NCBI GenBank assembly: GCA_023139045.1
Contig: JAGLOJ010000003.1
Coordinates: forward strand, 41,240 to 105,239
From: Candidatus Sabulitectum sp.
GTDB taxonomy: Bacteria > Fermentibacterota > Fermentibacteria > Fermentibacterales > JCC-6
Direction: 5' to 3'
Length of the DNA stretch: 64,000 nt
Shown: positions 57,972 through 64,000 of the stretch, piece by piece
How the letters are laid out: each line of letters begins with the position of its first letter
Numbering within the stretch: the stretch's first letter is position 1
Notes under the pieces: generated by a model
What the model saw: the letters and a program-made list of their open reading frames with translations, nothing else
Database searches by the model: none
Told to the model about the DNA's origin: nothing
Made by a program: the position numbers and the translations under genes

Positions 57972-58919
57972 TTAGCCGAGAAGGTTCATGTAGGCACTCC
58001 AGAGGGGTTCTCCAAAGAAAAGAGACAGCACTGCTCCGGCGGCCATAAAGGGGCCGAAGGGAATTGGTGTGTTCCTCTTTTTACCGCCGAATGCCATCAT
58101 TGCTCCGCCTGAAAGCGCTCCTAGAATGAAGGCTGCGAAAAAGGCAATTACAGTTGAAGCAGGTCCCAGGAAAGCTCCGATGCAGGCTGCAAGTTTGATG
58201 TCGCCCCAGCCCATACCACCCTGAAATTCATCCTCTTCGTCCTCGAAGCCCTCAGGAGCTTTTGTACGAATGTCTCTTTTTTTAAGATAGATGGATGCTC
58301 CTGTTCTTATAAGAAGAAAGAACGCTGCGCCGGTCACTGCAGTGATAAGGGAAGTCAGAATACCAGGGCCGCCGGGTAGCAGAGCAAGAAGAATTCCTGC
58401 AACAGTTCCTCCAATGCTCACCTCATCAAGAATTATGAACTGTTCAAGATCGGTTCTTACAACAACCATCATCAGAGAAATGAGTACAGCGTAATTGATG
58501 AAGGCCGGTGAGTAACCGGTTTGCAGGGCGGCAAGCGCAAAAAGAATTCCTGTGATCAGTTCTGTAATCGGGTATTTTGCTGAAATAGCCATGGAACAGT
58601 TTCTGCATTTCCCCCGAAGAATCAGGTAACTGAGAACTGGAATGTTGTCTCGCGGTTCTATTTCTTTGCCGCATCCGGGACAGGCGCTGGGAGGTGAAAT
58701 AATTGATTTGCCCAGCGGAATACGCCAGATAACCACGTTCAGAAAGCTGCCGATGCAGAGCCCGAAAAGGCCTGCAGATATTGTGAAAATGCTGTCAATA
58801 GTAATGATACGAAGCCTTCCTTCAAGTTGATACTTGCATATTTCCTTACCGGGGAAGTATAATTCTGTCTGACACCGACCGGAAGATATGGTTTTTCCGG
58901 TCAGAAGACTTGAAAACAA
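57972..58919 (-). CDS. pilD: Prepilin peptidase (A24 family)
   Basis: Zn-binding CPGCGKEI...CRNC pairs, GSFLNVVIWRIP helix, and C-terminal GGMGWGDIKL active-site region. The exact start is uncertain. Confidence 0.85.
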   Translation of the reverse strand: MFSSLLTGKTISSGRCQTELYFPGKEICKYQLEGRLRIITIDSIFTISAGLFGLCIGSFLNVVIWRIPLGKSIISPPSACPGCGKEIEPRDNIPVLSYLILRGKCRNCSMAISAKYPITELITGILFALAALQTGYSPAFINYAVLISLMMVVVRTDLEQFIILDEVSIGGTVAGILLALLPGGPGILTSLITAVTGAAFFLLIRTGASIYLKKRDIRTKAPEGFEDEEDEFQGGMGWGDIKLAACIGAFLGPASTVIAFFAAFILGALSGGAMMAFGGKKRNTPIPFGPFMAAGAVLSLFFGEPLWSAYMNLLG

Positions 58920-58933
58920 AAGGGGTGTATTAG

Positions 58934-60031
58934 ATGAGAAGAACTCTATTGATCATGGTGCTTTTCGCACTTGTAGCCTTCGCTGGTGATTTCGCCACAG
59001 GCGGTGCAGAGCTTACAAAGTTCAAGGGTTACGGTACTTTCCGCGAGACCATGTTTGGTCAGGAGGGCAACCCGCAGGGTATCGAGTTCAAAGATTACGT
59101 GTGGATGGCCTGGATTCCAAAGATCAACGACCGTCTTGACCTTTGTATCGCCGCCCAGAACACAACTATCGGCAGTGCCACTACTTTTCTTGACCAGCTT
59201 TACCTCAACATGAAGCTTTCAGACAACTTCAGCATTCGCGGTGGACAGTTCAAAGTTCCCTTCGGCTATGGTATGACCCGCAGTGGCGGATCCATGCTTT
59301 TCGCCGACAGAACCTTGATTGTTACGGGTAAGCCTTCTGGAGCTGTTGCTGGTTCCGATTTTGGTCTCTATGGTGGAAAAGACATCGGATCCATGCTTAC
59401 AGTCAAGTTCGCTCCTGTAACTGTTGACCTTATGCTTTCCAACGGTACAGGCAACAATACCCGTGCCGATACCACAATCGACAATCAGTTCACAGCCAGA
59501 CTGGCCGTTGACCCCACAGACTGGCTTACAATTGGCGGTTCCTTAGCCATGGTCGGTCGACCTGACTACATCGTAATCGAAGCTTCCGGTGACACTACCG
59601 AGGTCGAGGCCTGGAGCAGCAACGGTATGGACTTCTTTGCAGTTGCCAACTATCCGGTTTCCTCCACAGGCACGCTTAATTTCGCCGGTGAATACATGAT
59701 GATGGGTTACCCTGGTAACGACGTTGAAAACGTTGAGCATCACGATGGTGCACGCATGAGTGTTATGGCCGGTTACGACATGCAACTTGAGGGTGATGTT
59801 ATTCTTGCTATCCAGCCTGCAGTTCGATACGATAGTGTTGATCCTATCAATTCCTGGGCCACAAGCGGCGACGAGCCGGAAGACAACTACACAGCTATCG
59901 ACTTCTGTGTTGGAATCGAGCTTTTCAGCAAGTACAACACAATTCAGATCGGTAGCCGCACTTACGGCTTTGAGAACAAGGATGTTGATGGCTACACAGA
60001 CATCTATACCAAGTGGAGAATGAACTTCTAG
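58934..60031 (+). CDS. Outer-membrane beta-barrel protein (hypothetical porin-like)
   Basis: Signal peptide MRRTLLIMVLFALVAFA, alternating amphipathic strands, C-terminal aromatic (RMNF). Confidence 0.5.
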   Translation: MRRTLLIMVLFALVAFAGDFATGGAELTKFKGYGTFRETMFGQEGNPQGIEFKDYVWMAWIPKINDRLDLCIAAQNTTIGSATTFLDQLYLNMKLSDNFSIRGGQFKVPFGYGMTRSGGSMLFADRTLIVTGKPSGAVAGSDFGLYGGKDIGSMLTVKFAPVTVDLMLSNGTGNNTRADTTIDNQFTARLAVDPTDWLTIGGSLAMVGRPDYIVIEASGDTTEVEAWSSNGMDFFAVANYPVSSTGTLNFAGEYMMMGYPGNDVENVEHHDGARMSVMAGYDMQLEGDVILAIQPAVRYDSVDPINSWATSGDEPEDNYTAIDFCVGIELFSKYNTIQIGSRTYGFENKDVDGYTDIYTKWRMNF

Positions 60032-60050
60032 GAAGTTTTTTCAATAAAAA

Positions 60051-60080
60051 GACCGGCTCCTTTTTGGGGCCGGTTTTTTG
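60051..60080 (+). terminator. Rho-independent terminator after the porin-like gene
   Basis: GACCGGC...GCCGGT hairpin followed by TTTTTT. Confidence 0.75.
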
Positions 60081-60166
60081 TTTCCCCCGGTTTTCCTGTG
60101 TTCTGTTTGTGTGTATAATGCGCTTGTGTATGAACTGGAACATTTTATCATACGGGAGGAAATGAT

Positions 60167-61327
60167 ATGCAGGAAGAGAAAATGGCTCAGGGAACCGAGA
60201 CTCCTGAAACTCCTGAAGTTCCAGGGATACCTGGAACACCCGAAACGCTCGAGGCTCTGGAAAGCGGGGAGGAAACTTCCACTGTTCTGACCCATGACAG
60301 AGAGCTTTCCTGTCAGAACTGCGGGGCCCCCCTCGGCTACATGGAGGGGGAGAATGTTATCACCTGCCCATACTGCGGAACCGCCACCATGCTTGCTGGT
60401 TATGACAATATTATTAAGATCGACGGTCATTCCATGCTGCCCATGCTCGTGGATGAGAATGGTGCCATCAGTGCCCTTATCACCTGGCTTTCCAAAGGAT
60501 TTCACAGGTCGAAGAGTTATGTGGGTACAGCCAGAATTGCATCGGTAAAGGGGCTCATGCTTCCCTACTGGATAGTGAAGAGCAGTGCATCCACCTCGTG
60601 GCATGGAAAAAAGAAAAGAACAAAAACCACTGGAACAGGCGACAATAAGAAGACCCGGACCTGGTGGGAGCCGGTGAGCGGTCGCTTCAGTGAAGACTTC
60701 ACCTGGCCGGAATATGCCAGAGAGAATCCCGATGAATTCTGGGGTATTGGTAATATTCAACCCGGTAAAAAGTCCGTCTTCCCGGATTGGGGAAAATTCT
60801 GGCTCAAGTTCGGCGGCAGCAAACAGAGTTCCAACAGGAATATGCTGGATGGACAGATACCATTTGATATTGAAGCAGTGAGAAATGCAGGTATGGCCAA
60901 TGATCTGGTGAACGGCCAGATAACTCAGGAGCGTGCCGAGGCCAATGCCAGAGGAAATATCAAAGAGCATCAGGCGAAAAAAGCAGAGTCAAAAGCTGAT
61001 GTGCTTTCGGATGTTGATACAACCGTGAATGTGAACAAGGTTGATCTTGTTTATGTACCCATGTGGGAAATGCAGTATTCCATTGATGGAAAGAAATACA
61101 GTGCCTTGGTGGACGGAGCCAAAAAGGAAGTTCTCGGCGCTGAATATCCTGTAAGCAAGAGAGCAAAGATAACCATTTTTGATATTGTTCTGGGAATACC
61201 GGCTATCATTGCTGGTGTTCTTGGTTTCAGCGGTAATGGAATACCAGCCGCGAAGATTGCCATGTTCGTTCTTGCTGCGCTCATGCTTGCATACAGTCTT
61301 AAGAAGGGTATGGGCAGCAGAAACTGA
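60167..61327 (+). CDS. Zinc-ribbon membrane protein, hypothetical
   Basis: Glu/Pro/Thr-rich low-complexity N-terminus, CxxC...CPYC zinc ribbon, and a hydrophobic C-terminal TM segment (IVLGIPAIIAGVLGF...MFVLAALMLAY). The stop overlaps the arfB start. Confidence 0.5.
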   Translation: MQEEKMAQGTETPETPEVPGIPGTPETLEALESGEETSTVLTHDRELSCQNCGAPLGYMEGENVITCPYCGTATMLAGYDNIIKIDGHSMLPMLVDENGAISALITWLSKGFHRSKSYVGTARIASVKGLMLPYWIVKSSASTSWHGKKKRTKTTGTGDNKKTRTWWEPVSGRFSEDFTWPEYARENPDEFWGIGNIQPGKKSVFPDWGKFWLKFGGSKQSSNRNMLDGQIPFDIEAVRNAGMANDLVNGQITQERAEANARGNIKEHQAKKAESKADVLSDVDTTVNVNKVDLVYVPMWEMQYSIDGKKYSALVDGAKKEVLGAEYPVSKRAKITIFDIVLGIPAIIAGVLGFSGNGIPAAKIAMFVLAALMLAYSLKKGMGSRN

Positions 61328-61722
61328 TGATTGATATACCTGAAGCCGCCCTCTCGTGGGCCTACCTCAGAGCCGGTGGCCCCGGAGGGCAGCATCAGAA
61401 CAAAACCGAGTCTGCTGTACAGCTTCGCTACAACATCTCTCTGGGGGATCTTCCCGGGGATGTTGTTTTGCGGCTTAAAAAACTTGCGGGGAGAAGACTC
61501 ACCGATTCCGGGGAGATAATCATTGAGTCAAGGGAATACCGCAGCCGGTTAATGAACATAAATTCAGCACGAAAGAAACTGGATGATCTAATTCTTAAGG
61601 CATTGGTAAAACCAAAGAAGAGAAAGCCCACAAAACCCACCAGAGCTTCACGGGAGAGACGGCTGGGAGCGAAGAAGCAACTCTCTGAAAAAAAGCAGGA
61701 CAGAAAAAAACCACTTATCTGA
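61327..61722 (+). CDS. arfB: Alternative ribosome-rescue factor ArfB (peptidyl-tRNA hydrolase, GGQ family)
   Basis: GGPGGQHQNKTESAVQLRY GGQ motif and a basic C-terminal tail, 131 aa. Confidence 0.9.
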   Translation: MIDIPEAALSWAYLRAGGPGGQHQNKTESAVQLRYNISLGDLPGDVVLRLKKLAGRRLTDSGEIIIESREYRSRLMNINSARKKLDDLILKALVKPKKRKPTKPTRASRERRLGAKKQLSEKKQDRKKPLI

Positions 61723-61731
61723 AGGGTTCAA

Positions 61732-63204
61732 ATGCAGTTTGTTGATGAAACTAAACCACGGTTTCTGATTCTGCTCCTGAGCGGGATCTCACTGCTTGCA
61801 AGATTGTTGTTCCTGGGCAGAAAAAGCTTCTGGATAGACGAGTGCCTTGCATGGGGAGCTACCCGCATGGATTGGGTGGACATGTTCTCTTCTGTGGCTT
61901 CCGGTACACCACACCCTCCGATGGCTTTCATTATCATGAAGACATCTTCTCTGCTGGTCGGGGAAAGTGAATTTGGCTTGAGACTGTTGATTGCAGTTGC
62001 AGTTGCTTCAGCTGTTATTCCTGTTTTCAGACTTGCCTCCAGACGAACAACGGTCAGAGGTGGATTCTGGGCCGGCATGATCTGGGCAGTTTCTCCATTT
62101 GCTGTTTCTCTGGGGCAGGAAGCCTGGGTATACGGTATAAACATTGCTGTCTCTCTGTGGTTTGCGGATTTTGCAGATATGGCCTGGAGGGGGTCCAGAA
62201 AGGGGTTTATCGGTTGCCTTCTTCTTGGGGCTGCCGGGATATTCACACAGCACATTTTTGTTCTCAGCGTTGCTGTTGGCAGCGTTCTTTACTTTACAAT
62301 TGAACCGTGTGAGAGGATTTCATTCAAGAGGTTCATAATAGTTCCCGGAGTACTTGCTCTTCTGTACACCCCTGTGTTTCTTTTCTTCTCGGCCCAGTTC
62401 GTTAGGAGAAGTGCCAGAATGGCAGTTGCCGGAATGGAAATGGGTTTTACCAGGTTCCTGAGTACTCAATCTCTTTCCCAGTTCTTCAGAATCCTTACAG
62501 GTGGCATACTGCCAAAGATATCTATGAATTTGTTTGATCGCCCCAGGATGCTCACAGCCTATATTTTAAATGCAGTAATTATTCTGTTCCTTGCTGTCTG
62601 GCCCTATTTTACCAGTATGCTGAAATCTGGTGAACGCAGGTATCTCTGTCTCTGTTTACTCATGCCGTTTGGTCTTTATCTAACAGATGATCCGACTATC
62701 AGACAGCTTTCTGTTATCTGGGTTCCATTTGCCATTACCTCTGCTGCTGTTTTTTCCAGGTTCCGCTGGTCCGGAGCTGCTGTTACAACAATGTGTCTGC
62801 TTGCCCTGATTCCCTACTACGGAATGAAGGTTTTTCCATACCATCAAAGTGACTGGCGAACGGCAGTGACGACCGTTGAATCTCTTTCCGAATCCGGGGA
62901 TATCGTTGTAGTGTTCGGCGGCAAATCCACATCACTGGCCTGGGAATACTACTCGAAAACTGAAATGGATTGCCTGGCTCCAGCCGGTGAAAATCCATTT
63001 GCAGGCGACCAGGTGAGAATCCGGGTGAATCCTGAGCTTCTGCTGGACAGCCTTCTTACTCAAGGGGGGCACACTGCCGTCTGGGTAATTCTTGATGTCT
63101 GGGGTATTCCTTCTATACACAGTATCAAAGGGTTGCATGTTATGGAATTTTTTCTGTCGATCAGTGAAAAAATGGAAATTGCATTGCTGAGAAGTGTCCG
63201 GTAA
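61732..63204 (+). CDS. Glycosyltransferase family 39/83 (ArnT/PMT-like) membrane protein
   Basis: N-terminus SFWIDECLAWGATRMDW...HPPMAF, characteristic of ArnT/PMT-family transferases. Multi-TM, 490 aa. Confidence 0.8.
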   Translation: MQFVDETKPRFLILLLSGISLLARLLFLGRKSFWIDECLAWGATRMDWVDMFSSVASGTPHPPMAFIIMKTSSLLVGESEFGLRLLIAVAVASAVIPVFRLASRRTTVRGGFWAGMIWAVSPFAVSLGQEAWVYGINIAVSLWFADFADMAWRGSRKGFIGCLLLGAAGIFTQHIFVLSVAVGSVLYFTIEPCERISFKRFIIVPGVLALLYTPVFLFFSAQFVRRSARMAVAGMEMGFTRFLSTQSLSQFFRILTGGILPKISMNLFDRPRMLTAYILNAVIILFLAVWPYFTSMLKSGERRYLCLCLLMPFGLYLTDDPTIRQLSVIWVPFAITSAAVFSRFRWSGAAVTTMCLLALIPYYGMKVFPYHQSDWRTAVTTVESLSESGDIVVVFGGKSTSLAWEYYSKTEMDCLAPAGENPFAGDQVRIRVNPELLLDSLLTQGGHTAVWVILDVWGIPSIHSIKGLHVMEFFLSISEKMEIALLRSVR

Positions 63205-63294
63205 AAGTAACAAAATTTGCCAATCCGGGTGTCATTTCGTTAACTTCCAGTATCTGAACGAATAATTGACCACCCTTGAGAGAGGGGGATTGGC

Positions 63295-64000
63295 TTGAAG
63301 CTGTCCATCATCGCCGTTTCCAGACCTGTTGCCGTTACCGTTATTTCTGTTGTTGCCGCTGTGCTGGGGGTGATTGCTGTTCTCCAGATGCCAGTGGATC
63401 TTCTTCCTTCCGTAGAGTACCCCAGAATAACCATTGAAACCAGATATCCGTCTTCAAGCCCTTACGAGGTGGAGCGTCTTGTTACCGATCCTCTTGAAGA
63501 CGCCCTGGCGGGTGTGAGAGGATTGCGTTCCTACTCTTCCCGGTCTTACGGTGAGATGAGCAGGATTACACTGGAATTCGACTGGGGCGCCAATATGGAT
63601 TACACCCGGCTTGAGGTGAGAGAGAAGCTGGATGTCGCCAGCTGGTCCCTGCCTGATGCCGCAGAAAGACCCACCATTGTTGACTACGATCCTTCCAGCC
63701 GGCCATTCATGGAGATTCTTCTTACAATGGATGGCGGATGGACCGATATTACCGATTTCTCAAGAAGGGTAATAGCCACAAGAATAGAACAGGCAGATGG
63801 TGTTGCAGCCTGCGAGGTTGATGGAGAAGCATCTCCTGCCGTTTATGTAAGACTTCGAGACGGAGCAATAGAAGAACTTGGAATCAACCCCGCCTCGATC
63901 GCTGCTGCCATCCGCGGGGCCAATGCCGTCTCCCCCGGTGGACAGGTGCGGGACGGAGACAAGGAATTTTTCCTCTCACTGCAGGGAGAATTTGAATCTC
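63295..64000 (+). CDS. Efflux RND transporter permease (AcrB/CzcA superfamily), 3' end beyond window
   Basis: TTG start 6 nt after a GAGAGGGGGA SD. N-terminus LKLSIIAVSRPVAVTVISVVAAVLGVIAVLQMPVDLLPSVEYPRITIETRYP matches the conserved RND N-terminal TM1/porter start. The frame is open to the end of the window. Confidence 0.8.
   Translation, partial: MKLSIIAVSRPVAVTVISVVAAVLGVIAVLQMPVDLLPSVEYPRITIETRYPSSSPYEVERLVTDPLEDALAGVRGLRSYSSRSYGEMSRITLEFDWGANMDYTRLEVREKLDVASWSLPDAAERPTIVDYDPSSRPFMEILLTMDGGWTDITDFSRRVIATRIEQADGVAACEVDGEASPAVYVRLRDGAIEELGINPASIAAAIRGANAVSPGGQVRDGDKEFFLSLQGEFES

Noticed and set aside
1-64000. tRNA or rRNA genes and CRISPR arrays
   Set aside because: No intergenic segment contains T-loop-like GTTCRANYC signatures, rRNA-like blocks or regularly spaced direct repeats. 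All gaps are under 250 bp and are explained as promoters or terminators.

Overview
This 64 kb window looks like chromosomal DNA from an uncultured Gram-negative bacterium, probably of the FCB group: several secreted proteins carry T9SS-type C-terminal sorting domains, and there are many lipoproteins and beta-barrel outer-membrane proteins. GC is about 50%, genes are densely packed with many 4-nt ATGA overlaps, and TTG/GTG starts are frequent. I found no rRNA, tRNA, CRISPR array, transposase or integrase. Main content, left to right: (1) a Type I restriction-modification operon, hsdS (5' end cut by the window edge), a Fic gene, hsdR and a YgjP-like metallohydrolase gene, all translationally coupled; (2) a minus-strand operon of a UMF1-family MFS transporter, a polytopic membrane protein and a B12-binding radical SAM enzyme; (3) central metabolism and housekeeping genes: pckA, ppdK, gpsA, aroB, tatC, thiL, mtnP, rlmN, cobO, arfB, dinB, and two sugar-nucleotide/glycosyltransferase clusters; (4) a roughly 9.3 kb operon in which two paralogous ~1220-aa C25 (gingipain/PorU-like) cysteine peptidases with T9SS C-terminal domains flank a canonical Zn-binding sirtuin, followed by a TPR protein; (5) a GAF-GGDEF diguanylate cyclase with a degenerate receiver domain; (6) two disrupted surface-protein genes, an OmpA-family gene with two frameshifts and an FG-GAP/T9SS gene split by an in-frame TGA; (7) a ParE-type toxin-antitoxin pair sitting between a complete DUF72 gene and a degenerate ~100 bp duplicate of that gene's 3' end, the footprint of an insertion. 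The most unusual items are the C25-sirtuin-C25 unit, the TA cassette with a duplicated target, the Fic gene embedded in the Type I RM operon, and the two interrupted surface-protein genes.
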